A stretch of 63,140 nt of DNA, the filler included, from Asterionella formosa (taxonomy: Eukaryota): assembly GCA_002256025.1 (NCBI GenBank). It is 14 parts of 14 records of this genome, joined end to end, with 100 filler letters (N's around TTAATTAATTAA, not from the genome) between each part and the next. Parts side by side here need not be neighbours in the genome. Positions count along the whole stretch, not along the records: positions 1 to 22,601 come from NKIB01002670.1; positions 22,702 to 24,091 come from NKIB01002675.1; 12 more parts are not named here. One strand, given 5' to 3'. The position numbers and the translations under genes were made by a program. Positions 10,789 through 22,725 of this stretch are shown in pieces. Numbering within the stretch: the stretch's first letter is position 1; every line of letters starts with the position of its first letter. Under the pieces are notes generated by a model. It searched no databases, had not been told where the DNA came from, and was given only the letters and a program-made list of their open reading frames with translations.

Positions 10789-13700
10789 TCAAGCTTTTTC
10801 ATCACGTTTTGTGTTGACAACATGTCGTTTCCAATCAGCAGGCAATTGCGAACTGCACACTCGAGGAAAGGAAAGCTTAGATGAAGATTCAGGGAATGTG
10901 TCCAGAACAGGCTTAAGCATCTTTTTGTAAAGAATATCCGAGGCAGCACCACGGAAACGAGCCAAGACAAAGTCATTTACCAATCCAGCCTCTTTGCAGT
11001 GCAAAAAGGCAAGTTCTATTTGCTCCTCCTTCCTAGTTAAGGGCACAGTGAGTCGACCACAAACTTGAATGAACCAACCATAAGTGAGGCTGTAGGGGGC
11101 AAGCTCGCCTGCATTTTGCAGCATTTCATCAAATACTGTCACTGCAATGTCAAAGGCATCTGCTTCTTCTTCAAGTGAGCCATTGGAAAATCCAGCACTG
11201 TTAATTACTAACGAATATGCATGCTGAGTTGCTGCAACAGAAGTGTTACCATTTTTCCACTGCTCTTGCATACGACGCAAAATTCCGAGTGCTCGTCGTG
11301 CCTTGCCTTGTAAGTTACTTCTTGACCATGCATTCAGAACGAGTCCATAGCTTCGAGTGTCGGGCTTCATTTTTTGGTTTCCTGCGGCATATTGCCTCTC
11401 CATGCTTTCCAAATGTATCTCGGCCTTCCGTCCAGCTTCCTTGTCCCCCGATGATGACCAAGCGAGCAAGACTGTGTTGAGAAGTTCTGAATTAATCTCT
11501 ATCTGTGTGCATCCATATTTGTTAATCAAGTCTCGAGCAATTTTCAAGAGTCGTTCAGCGACTTCACCGGCATCTCTGTGCTTCGTGTAAGCATATGCAT
11601 CGATAGTCTGAATAAATGCAAAGTTGTTCGGTTCCAATGATGGATATCTTCCAGACTGATACATATCAATCATTCGTTTCAAGATATATTCCGCTCGATA
11701 GGGACTGTCGGCTGAATTCGACCTAGCGTAATACCCAATTATGTGCGTAAAAGATCTCGATTCTAGATGCAACTCGCCTTCTTCGTCGTTATATTCTATC
11801 ATACGCTCAAGAATAGCTTCAGCGCGTTGACCAGCTCCAACTTGGTTTGATCGACAATTGGCAATTATCGCCGAGTTGAATGAGAATGAGTCAGGGGCAA
11901 CATCTGTTTCTCCATTCTTTGATAGATTAATCATGTAATACAAGATTTGTTCCGCTCGGTCGACGTCACGACTCCTGGACACTGCATCAAGAAGCGCATT
12001 ATATGTCCTTTTATTCGGTTTGACATTCGGAAAACCAGAATTGTGCCGCTGCGTCATATGAGCAACAATCTGAGCACATCTCGCAGCAGCTCCCCTCTTT
12101 TGACTCTTGGCCCAAGCAGCTAGCACTATTGTGTAATGTACGACATCAGGCGCAGAATCCATGTGACCAGCAGCATAATGTTCCTCAAATTGTCGAAGAA
12201 TATCGTCGGCACGTTGTGCTGCGGAGGGATTCACACTTTTTTGAAATGCTTGAAGAACAGCAGCATACGTGGATGTGTCTGGTTTCACTAGGGTGATTCC
12301 GGTGAAAAAACGATTCCACATTCGATTCAGTATGAATTCGGCTTTCGGTGCACTTTGAGCATCTGGGGATCGTGAGTACGCGTGCAATACCGCATTCCAT
12401 GTTCTTCTGCTAGGCAGTACATCATGGCCCAACTCTGCCAGCTTTTCCATTCGATTCACTATCGCATCAACCTTGCTGACCAAATTATCTTGATCACTCT
12501 TAGAGATAACTTGAAGCACCGGATTGTAGCACTCTACGTCCAAATAGACGTTAAGGGGCGCAGCACTTGAAATGTCACGTTTTTTCTGCCATTCCAGCAA
12601 AGCACGCTCTTCTAATTTCATTAGAGCTTTCTCGGCCACTTGTGCCCCATAATTAACATCAGGGCAACGTGAGCCTGCGTATATTGTAAGGATGTAGCTC
12701 ATTCGATCAGGTTCAACAGCATAGCCACCGTTGGCAACGGGCAGCATCATTTGATCGAGCAAACTCTCCGCTTTTTGTGTGCCCTCAATCGAAGGAGTTC
12801 GTGACAACGCGTTCAGGACAGCGTTGTAGTTCATAATGTAAGGCTGTAAGGTCGGATCATTTTTGTTTATCATTTCTAGTAACAAATCTTCTGTTTTGGT
12901 TGGTCCATCGGACCGAGAGCATTTTGCATAAACATTTTGCAGCGCTGCGAAGGAATACACGGTCCGTTTTATTTCAAGATTGTCCATCATATGAAACAAT
13001 TTCTCTGCTCGCTCCACATGTTGAGGTTGTAGGTGCCTAGCGTAATTTTCAATCTGCGACGAAAACGTTACCGCATCTGGTTTTAATTGAGTATTACCAT
13101 TCTGATAGGCTTGCAGCATTTCTTCCAGTAGCAATTCTCCCCTTCGTGGCGCATCATCTTCAGGGCACCGAGACCAGGCATACATGACAGTATTGTAAGA
13201 TATTAGTGTGGGAGCAATTTGCTCGTCGCCAGTTTCTTTGTACATGGCCACGATTCCATCGTGAATGGATTGAGCTCTCTTTGCAGAGCCATTTCCTCCA
13301 CTTCTGGCCCATGCATCGATGGCCTATTTTGTTTAAAAATTGAATGTGAAAACGCGGTCAGAAACAATAAAAAACGCCTCACTTCCAATCACATGTAAGG
13401 CTTGTCAAGATCGTCGCGGCCACGCTGCAAGCCCAACTTACAACAGTATAAAGCCTTGTCGTGGTGTAAATCCCGCGATTCCCTGCTTTCATGTCATCAA
13501 TCACTCGTTTCAGCAGATTTTCCACAATGAGAGCTGCTTCCACATTCTGCCTTCGCGCCCATGCCGTCATGAGGCCTATGATTGACTCAACGTCGTCAAC
13601 AGTCAAAGAACCCAGGGGAAACAGTTTCATATCCAGGATATCCTCTGTTGCATTCTCCAACCAGTTTTCATCCCGTTGGTAGGTATTATTTGAGGAATCA

Positions 13701-13903
13701 GTGCTTGATGTTTTTCTTACAGAGGTAACTGTGAGAGTATCGATCTCAGAATTGCTAGCAGAAAGGACCGGAGGAATGCTGTTTATTCTCTCTTGAGCCT
13801 CCAGTGAGCCACATATTCGTTGCGTTGACTGACATCGTGTAGAAACAAAAGCTCCAGTATTTCCTAGCAGCAAAAATGAGATAGCTAAGGAACCAAACCG
13901 CAT
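10789..13903 (-). CDS. Pentatricopeptide-repeat (PPR) protein, probably plastid-targeted (intron 13324-13441)
   Basis: Many PPR units (PTLISYNTVMYAWSR, PDAVTFSS, PDTSTYAAVLQAF, PNKRTYNALLDA, PDTRSYGLVLNAWSR). A phase-0 intron GTAAGT..TAG joins RLYTV to AIDAWAR. Signal peptide followed by GA|F resembles the diatom ASAFAP motif. Confidence 0.92.
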
Positions 13904-14133
13904 TTTCCAATCATGTCTCTGGTCTACAAAAGTGCAATGGCGGTGGGCCTAGAAAAAGCGAGTTGAAGAGTACCCTACCGATGGAGGGCAAGCGAATAGA
14001 AACAAGGCGATGGAGCGAGTGGGATGTACCGGTATGAAATGAGTGTCGTAGGCGGAAGCGACTTACCGGTATTCAGAGTTACATATTATTATACCTATAT
14101 TCCACTGCCGGATGTACGGGCACCAGTACCAGG

Positions 14134-14328
14134 TGAGCGATCTTGCGCATCAATACAGATGTATATAGGGTTAGTGTTATATCATATATATCAGAACTCA
14201 ATAATGAGAGAAATCGACTAACCCTTATTGTATACTTTGGTGTCGACTTAGAGAACAAGTTACACACAAGGATTAACAAATAAGCTCATATATTCAACAA
14301 ATACTACTACTTCTTGTTAGATACTTCA
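14134..14328 (+). repeat. 5' LTR (195 bp)
   Basis: Aligns to 18380-18582 with about 7-8 substitutions and two small indels (by eye). Confidence 0.93.
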
Positions 14329-16606
14329 CTTTGAATTCAAAAAGAGTCCAATTAGAATTAATAATCATGTTGATATACTGCCCTCTCAAGTTCCAGTGGT
14401 CCCATTGATGAAGGATAACAACACACTAAACATCAAGATTCAGACCTCTTTGTGTATCCCTACCAGGTCGATGTTTGGATTCTTTCAACAAAGATATGAT
14501 CAGTGAACAAACACATATACCTTCAGTCCAGCAGATTCCTTGCTTGTTCACCTACTGCTACAAAAGATGACTCACAGATATCGTCTTGTCTGACTGGATG
14601 AGCGTTGCAATACACCCAGATGCTCAGTCTCATAACAGTCTCAACAACAAAGTCATGGTGATGAGGCTGGAAGATTACCTTCTTCATGATATCTCTGAGA
14701 GTCAGCATCAGTGGATGCCATGATAATACTCAATAAAACATTTCAACATGTTTATGATCGATTTCGCTGACTGTCTCAAGACCTTAAAGAAGTTCATGAA
14801 ACTCATGATACCTCATCCAGAAGATCAAGAGGTCTCCGCCAAGGAAAATTTGAGGTTGATTGTCATTTTGCTTTATTGACAATGCGTGGTAACAAGTGTT
14901 TGAATGGAACAATGAAAAGAACACAAAATTATTGATTCGCTTGGTTTTGACTTACTTCGAGAGTCAACAATCATTCAAAGATCAACTCAAGCACATCCTC
15001 GCTCAAGCATGAGTTCTACCATAAGCCGAAATCGACTTCGCATTGCTGAAGGCAACCGTGTTAAGTCGAGAGAACGCGCGTGCCTGGTGTCAATTTTCTA
15101 ACACAAAATCGTCTATAAATAGTTGAAGTTGAGACAATCCAGTGATGCATCAAGAAAACAAGTGTGACTAGTGTCAATTTTAACAAAAGATCGTCTTCGA
15201 TTTGCATGCAGTCGCGTGATGCATCAAGAAAACAACCATTTCACGCGAAAATTTGTACATGATAATTTTATACTAAGTGGCAATGGCAGGGCACATGCAT
15301 TTGAATGCAGCCGGCCATGCATGGGATGCGAAACAACGGTCAAACATAAGGCCCATCGAGTTAACATTGCTAACACTACTAACCTGTTCCTGTTCCTCTG
15401 GCATGGAAATTCTACACGGAGCGAATAATCATACTGACACAGCTAACCCTATTCATGTTTTTTTTGTGCATGTTTTATACAAGCAAATCCATGGGTTAAC
15501 CCTATGATGATGTCTGGTTAGGGTAATGTGCCAAGGGCCATACCTGCCGACTTTTATGAATCTGCCCAGGAAATTTAAGTAGTCATGAACCCTCTTGTTG
15601 GTCAGCTAGTGGCCTATGTGCCTAAGAACAACCAGCAGAATGCTGAATAGATCGCCTTAACAGAAGTATGTGCGACAATAGCAACAATGCTATGATTTTA
15701 ATATTAATAATAATATATATATATATGAGCGACAGCACATTGAATATTTCTTACGTCAATCATTACCTGAATAACTTTTGTTATTTACAGGATAATTACA
15801 GGTTGGATATCACCGCTATTGTAACGTGAGATATTTTAAAATGCAAAAGTAGATTCAATATATCATTCCATATACAAATTTCAAGGCTTGATTCCGGTCT
15901 CATTCTTTCTTTGCCTAAGAATGCATAAGCTTCATTGAATTTTATTCCTATTTCATTAGCAACCCAAGGATTGGTGGCTGATTTGTATATACATGACATA
16001 AGATGAATGTTATTTGATTGCGGTGGGTCCTGATCTTTAACTTATGAATGGATTGTACTTCAGGACATTTCGTTGTAAATCGAACATTTATAATTAATAT
16101 ATACCATGCATAGCAGGTATGATCCCATCTTTTCTTCCTTTGCCAGTACTCTTTCATAAAACATGCATGATGCTTCAAAAATTTAATCCGTCAGCTTGTA
16201 TCCTGCAACAGAAGTACCTGGTCTTAGTACATTCTGCTAGTTTGCTCATTTATCCAGTTGGTAAATTTATGATGGATTTTGTACAAAATACCATGTCCTG
16301 TGTGGTGGATATGTCAGTGTTTTTCTGCATGTCATTGATTCCTATAATGATACAGAACATTTACATAATTGGTTGTTGTTATATTTTGATTCACCTATCA
16401 TATTTACACATGGAACATTCAAGCTGCAAACTATACAGATACGGAAAGCTGCGCGCTGTTATGGCTGAAATAAATTTATTTAACCACAAGTCATCAAGCA
16501 GCACAATTCCAAATGAAATGGTCTGTTGAAGAAACTGACTCATTGAGATATCGATAAAATCCAACCGACCTCAAATTTTGGTCTTCAAAATTAAAAAAGG
16601 ATTTAA

Positions 16607-18354
16607 ATGGAACTGGTCCATTTGTCTGGTTACCTATGCATACATCAACAAGCTTTTGAATCACTGAAAGCATTGTTAGTTGCAGATGCACTCATGCGTT
16701 ATCCTGATCGTAATTTTCCATTCCATATTTTTACTGATTTTTCTGATTGTCAATTAAGAAACTTTCAAAGAATTTCGCTCTATGTCATTGAATGCTGTTC
16801 TACATGTTCACACTGAGCATCGTATTTTTATTATTAATACCCTACACAAACACTCAACGTCTTCTCCGATGGAGGCTTTATATTGAAGTATATCTTTTTC
16901 ATACTTTTCACGATGTGAAGGGTACTGATAATGCTAACTATTACAGATTCTTTCTCTCGCCTCCCGAGGCTTGAGTCTTTGGTGGGGGATGATATTGGGC
17001 CTAAATATTCAGCATCAACATCCACTTCTACTTTCTCAATTGAATTAGATGATGAACCCCTGTTTACCTGTTTCCTCAAACATCCAATCTTGGCAGGCAA
17101 TATTCAATATCCTCTGGATTATAATGCAATACATGACTGATAGAAAATTTCTGGATAAACAATTGATTCTCAATCAAACAACACAGCCATCTCATTCTCA
17201 ATCAACAAACACATCCGTTAAAATTTCTCTCTATCAATTTTCATTATATACATTTAATATATTTTGTGAAGAATCCAGGAGATACTTGGCATATTGCTAT
17301 TCCTACATCACTGTTGGATCTTTATCATTAATTGGTATCATCAGATGTTAGCTCATGTGGGTATGACAAGATAAAATGCTACACTTTCTACACATTTTTA
17401 TTACCCTCCATTAAAAGCAAGAGTGGAACATATTGCAATCCTCCATTAAAATAAGAGTGGTACATATTGCAAGCATGTGTGAAGCCTGTCAAAACGTACA
17501 AAATTCCCTGGTGCTGGTTTGGTGAACTTCCACCAAGGAATACATTGTTATTACAATGGTCAGAAGTCACAGTGGATTTCATTGGTCCATGGAAGATAAC
17601 AGTGGCTGCACAAACGATTGAATTTCGTGCTCTAACTTGAGTTTAATACAGTCACCAGTTGACCAGAAATTTCACGTATCAATAATAAGACATCAGAATA
17701 TATTGCGATGAAATTTGAAAATGATTGGTTAGACAGATATCTCCGCCCAGAACGTTGTATACATAACAATGGAGGTGAATTTACGGGTATTCCTTTCATA
17801 CACATGTTAGTGTTGAATGGAATTAAAAATGGGACCATTACAGTGAAGAGTCCACAAACAAATGCTCTCTGTGAACGTTTACATCAATCTATCAGTAACA
17901 GTCCACGAATTATGTTAAAGGCTCATCCTCCAATCAAGGAATTTCAAGCTCAGAATATCGTGGATACCCTGTTTGCTGCATCATATGCAGCTCGAGCTAC
18001 TATTTCTAGCACATTGCCTATTTCATCAGGAATATGGCTGGGTTTTCCAACATGATATGATATTAAATATTCCTTTGATTACAGATATGCAAATGGATAT
18101 TGGGATATCAATGTCGATTAGTGATAATTGACAAATGTCTACGTCATGCTAATTTCCATCGTCGTTGTTGTGATTACAAAGTTGGTGATGAGATTTTAAT
18201 CCTATTGGATGATCCTACTACCTTAGCTGACCGTGGACGAGGTCCTTATTCTATTATTCAAGTATGTGCCAATGGTACTGTTTTCTTTCAACGAATCATG
18301 CATACTAGTACGGAACGAATTAATATTGATTGCATCAAACCTTTTCAAAGGTAA
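16607..18354 (+). pseudogene. Degenerate Gypsy pol (RT-RNase H linker, RNase H, integrase)
   Basis: Fragments in shifting frames with stops: HQQAFESLKALLVADALMRYPD..PFHIFTD, NTQRLLRWRLYIE, FENDWLDRY.RPERCIHNNGGEF, PQTNALCERLHQ, YKVGDEILI..GPYSIIQV..NGTV. No YxDD RT core seen. Confidence 0.88.
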
Positions 18355-18379
18355 AAGGTTTTACCTTGGTGTGGGAGAG

Positions 18380-18582
18380 TGAGCGATCTTGCGCATCAAT
18401 ACAGATGTATATAGCAGGGTTAGTGTAATATCATATGTATAGTATCAGAACTCAATAATGAGAGAAATCGACTTACCCTTATTGTATACTTTGATGTCGA
18501 CTTAGAGAACGAGTTACACACAAGGATTAACAAATAAGCTCATATATTCAACAAATACTACTACTTCTAGTCAGATATTTCA
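18380..18582 (+). repeat. 3' LTR (203 bp)
   Basis: Direct repeat of 14134-14328, preceded by the polypurine tract and followed by the TSD. Confidence 0.93.
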
Positions 18583-18840
18583 CCAGGTAGTTCACAGTAC
18601 ACGTACATACCGGTATTCCACTACGGACACCGATTGTTCAAACTAGACGTACATATTCCACTACTGGCACCGGCAGTTCACACTAGTAGATGTACTTATA
18701 TACTGGTAACTTACAGAGTGTCGTACATACAGTATAGTTGTTCATATCATGGCTGATAATGGGTTATTTAACAGGGGCCCCATAATGTCCATTACTTCTC
18801 ACGCCTCCCACAAAAATTTCCCATGCACATGATAGCAGGT

Positions 18841-18951
18841 CTAGGTAACTGCAAGATGTTGCGGTAATTTTGCCTAAATTGACATTTCACCTTTGGATGA
18901 AGATGCCTAAACACTTTGCTCCAGTCAAATGACCGCAACTTGCACACCTAG
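18841..18951. repeat. Small imperfect palindrome (MITE-like), related to 42329-42417
   Basis: CTAGGT..TGCAAG..TTGCGGTAATTT pairs with AAATGACCGCAACTTGCACACCTAG. Confidence 0.55.
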
Positions 18952-20459
18952 TGGTTATTTTGCTGAAACTGATAGCATGGCAGAGGACAGGCATTCAAAG
19001 AAAAATTTGATTCAAAACTGAAATATTTAACAGTTCTGCATCAGCCCAATTACTTTTATTGATCTAATCAAAATCAAATTTATATTTTTTTCTTTTCTGT
19101 AAAACCAGTTTCAGGTGGTCAAGTTTATGACAAAGTCCCCAACAAGGAAGGCATGAGACGATCCATTGGGAGTGCGTCAAAACTGAAAAGGTGCACATAA
19201 AATGTGCGCAACCGGACCTTACTGGTACCACAGGTGTGTACTAGTAGCCTGGTTGAACCATGTACCTGCAAGTTGTGGGAATGTGGCTGATTCACGTAGG
19301 CAGCTGACGGGCAGACACAGGAATTCAGACAGAAATATACTGGAGCATTACCAGTTAAATAAATAACGCTTGCGCAAACCCATAAAATTGACGTTCGCCA
19401 AATCAATTTGAGCGATATGATTCAGTCCAAAATAAGTCATTTTGAAGAACGATATAATGTAAAACGGTTTAATTCACAAGAATTTAGGATATGAAATGTA
19501 CAATTATTGTTTTAGGCACTTACAAATCGTTTCAGACATCAGCAAAATTGTTTCAGACAATTTCCTCCTGTCAGAGGATTTTCGCTCTTTGTCACTTAAA
19601 TATATGAAGTATATGTATCTAGTACCATCGTTAAACCAGGGAACCCATGTAGTTGCTTGTATATAATTATTTAGCCAATCTTTTCTATAGGCACATAAAA
19701 CACTACGTTGAGTGTAATTGTCGCTGTGGCTGGGTGTAGCAGCCCATCCTGCATAATGTTGTCTCAGCGGTGACCCTGACGAAAATAGTGGAAATCTCTA
19801 TTGGCAGAAGAAATATCTACTGGTTTCGTACAAACTGGCCCAATTAACTTCAATTATTTGTTTGTACACAGCTGTTGGACATCAAGAAGCCATAAATTAA
19901 ACCTTTATAAGCTGAAAACAATAATTGATTTAAAAATCATGATTTAGCTGTTTACAATTGGGGAATAATCATTGTCATGACATTGTTACTATTGTTAACC
20001 TTATTTATTACGTGCCTTATGACTACTCAAGTGTTAGTAGAGTGGCCGGTATGGCGCTTCCTAGCATTGACAGCCTAGGTTAAATAAAATTCTTAACCTA
20101 CCCAGTATCAACTGAACAAATGTGGTGACTTCAGGTGCTGCAAGGCGGGGAAAAGGTAGATACATTCTCTTGAATGAGAGAAGGGGGACACATGCATGTG
20201 TGCTGTGTATGCCATATTGGCACTGGTGAATTAATCTGTCCCCACATCTAGATGAATGAGGAGAAGGCAGATATGGCTTGGTTTGATCTTTTAATGAGGC
20301 ATTTATTTGCCTCCCATGTGTTTGCCTTGCCTTGCCTTGCCTTCTGAGGTATTTATGGCAGACTCTGATATTATTGGTGCAGCTTTAGGATCTGTTTGGA
20401 TCAAAATGAAATGTGAGGACATGATCATTATGACTCTTCTTGAATGAATAATACATCTT

Positions 20460-20925
20460 ATTTGATTCCAGCCATTTTCATCAAGCTCCTTGAATTTCTT
20501 GTTGTTTCTGTTGATTCTTTCATGTGTTTGTAGCTCATTGCATATGCTGTAGTTATTGTGTAGCTCAAAGCGCCAGTGCAGACCCGATTCAAATGCCAGG
20601 AAAAGGACAAATGCACTCTTCAAACGAATGAGGGTGCATGTTGTTGTATTCCAGTCATTTTCGTTCAGATCCTTGAGTTTCTGGTTGTTTCTGTTGATTC
20701 TATCATTTATTTGTAGCTCATTGCATATGCTATAGCTATTGTGTAGCGCAAAGCGCCAGTGCAGACCTGATTCAAATGCCAGGAAAAGGACAAATGCGCT
20801 CTTCAATTGAATGATGCATGTTGTTGCATTCCAGTCATTTTCGTCCACCAGCTCCTTGAGTTTCTCGTTACTTCTGTTGATTCTTTCTTTCATTTGTTTG
20901 TAGCTCATTGCATACAGTGTAGTGA
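20460..20925 (-). repeat. ~183-bp tandem repeat (about 2.5 copies) forming a 61-aa repeat in ORF 20303-20977
   Basis: The unit RINRNN.KLK.L.ENDWN.TTC..I.LKSAFVLFLAFESGLHWRF.LHN.YSICNELQ is repeated at both DNA and protein level. Confidence 0.85.
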
Positions 20926-21588
20926 TTTGGTAGCAAGAGTGGTCTGATTTGATTGTGCGGCTGTAAATAGTATACATTCTTCCATGGTGGGAGGGGATGC
21001 TTACCAGTGCTTGTAGGATTGCTGTGATAGTACTAGCTTAGTTTCTTTTTTTAACATTTGAATGCTTTGACAAAATTATGAATGACAGTGTTACTACTAT
21101 CAGTACTGTTAAACATGCTCCTGGAATATAGCTACATGTACAGAGATATTCTACATCAAATCAATATAAATACTACCCCTAACATTGATGTATTGTCTTT
21201 GCATATGTACAGCCATTATCTGTCGGAAAATATATTCTATCTTTTTTGCCTCTGACCCTGACAGAATCTTGTTCACCAGTAAACCCCCAATCATACTTCA
21301 ACTGGGCGTTTTGGATTGGGGGGTTGAGATTTGTTATGGTTGTCACCTGTCATTTACATTCAATTATTGCACGTAAAACTGAAATTGGAGTCCCCAAGGT
21401 GAGCCCATCAGATATATGTATAACAAGTTTTATGGCTTTAAGAGGATCACACACTGTTCCCTCATACAAAGGTGGAATCAATAGACTACAGATGAACAAA
21501 AATATGAGAAAGCAAGACTGGCATCTTGTCCTGCAGAGCCAGGAATCTTTACCTTAAACTAGATTGAAGTTACACCAGTATAGAATGA

Positions 21589-22473
21589 TTATGTCCTCAT
21601 CAGTGTGAGCCAAACGGAACAGGCTTGTCGCTTCGAAAAGGTTGGAAGTACCGCATGGAGTGTGTTTACTGAAGAGAATATAACCAATCTACCTGCCATT
21701 GGCTCAATGTCAACAGGCGGCTCGCCATTCCCAGGAAACACTCGCAGACAGCCTCCATGCGAATCATCCCAATTCTCGTTCAGGTATACAATGCAGGTAA
21801 GGTATCGCTTGCGTAAATAATACGACTTGAGATATCCCAGCAATCCCAGCGATTGTATCGTGTCCGAACAGGCATCCATATGTGAGCGATAGTAGGCTCC
21901 AACTACCATGTCGTCTTTGCGGATCCCATCATATATGGAAACTTGCATCATATCTGGAACGCAGAGAGAGTCTTTGGATAGAAATCTATCTGCCTCTCCA
22001 GTGGCTTCATTCGTGAACCCCTTAAAGTCTGATTGTGTTAATTCGAGTCCGACACTTCTGAGTAGATGCCTGACACTATTTAAAGGTGAAGGCGAGTCTT
22101 CATGTCCGCGAAAGAAGCAAACTCTATCCGTTCGAACTTCTTCTTCACAGCTGGACGCATCACGTTCATTTGGAGTTACTTGAAATGAGTTCGTCAACTC
22201 CATTTTCTCTATACATTTTGAAGCTCTGCGAACTTCTTCAAGTGTTAAAAAGTCATCGATCACCAAATAACCTACTCTTTCCAGCCGCCGGCAAAGGATT
22301 GGCGTCAGCTGTAATCGGCGTTCACCGGTAACGCAATTCTTAGCAAGCGATTGCCTTTCAAGTGGTCCCGACCCGTCTTGATAAGCTTGTATCAAAGTCC
22401 AGACACAACTCAAGCTTATAGTAGCCGCCATGGCAGAATCGAAGGAGATGAATTGACTTAGTTTGTACGCCAT
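21589..22473 (-). CDS. 2OG-Fe(II) dioxygenase, EGLN/PHD prolyl-4-hydroxylase-like
   Basis: RTDRVCF, YYRSHMD (HxD), RYLTCIVYLNENW...GGCLR, IEP.AGRLVIF, distal HAVLP and the 2OG-binding R in KRQACSVW. The start at ATG 22473 is inferred. Confidence 0.88.
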   Translation of the reverse strand: MAYKLSQFISFDSAMAATISLSCVWTLIQAYQDGSGPLERQSLAKNCVTGERRLQLTPILCRRLERVGYLVIDDFLTLEEVRRASKCIEKMELTNSFQVTPNERDASSCEEEVRTDRVCFFRGHEDSPSPLNSVRHLLRSVGLELTQSDFKGFTNEATGEADRFLSKDSLCVPDMMQVSIYDGIRKDDMVVGAYYRSHMDACSDTIQSLGLLGYLKSYYLRKRYLTCIVYLNENWDDSHGGCLRVFPGNGEPPVDIEPMAGRLVIFSSVNTLHAVLPTFSKRQACSVWLTLMRT

Positions 22474-22601
22474 CGAACATGGCTGTATGCATGTGCAATA
22501 ACTGACATGTTTCTTATATACCGTATTGGCATTCATCAACAACCACCCGAAATAGTAAGGGGTTGTCACGAAATTGATGACCTTCACGGTGGTCGCACAA
22601 T

Positions 22602-22701
22602 NNNNNNNNNNNNNNNNNNNNNNNNNNNNNNNNNNNNNNNNNNNNTTAATTAATTAANNNNNNNNNNNNNNNNNNNNNNNNNNNNNNNNNNNNNNNNNNN
22701 N
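22602..22701. other. Artificial contig-joining linker N44-TTAATTAATTAA-N44 (also 24092-24191, 25581-25680, 48257-48356, 49746-49845, 51235-51334, 52730-52829, 54218-54317, 55707-55806, 57195-57294, 58682-58781, 60169-60268, 61655-61754)
   Basis: The identical 100-nt structure occurs 13 times and its 12-mer places stops in all six frames. The intervening small contigs are all 1386-1395 bp. Confidence 0.98.
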
Positions 22702-22725
22702 TAGGGGGATTCAAGACTCCAGGTT

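Larger units (their letters stand above)
14134..18582 (+). mobile_element. Internally deleted Ty3/Gypsy LTR retrotransposon (4449 bp) with 5-bp TSD CCAGG
   Basis: Direct LTRs 14134-14328 and 18380-18582, both TG..CA; CCAGG at 14129-14133 and 18583-18587; purine tract GGGAGAG before the 3' LTR; RNase H followed by integrase remnants (Gypsy order). Confidence 0.93.

Noticed and set aside
22646..22657. TTAATTAATTAA recurring about every 1.49 kb as a biological periodic repeat
   Set aside because: Always centred in exactly 44+44 Ns; it is an artificial six-frame-stop linker.
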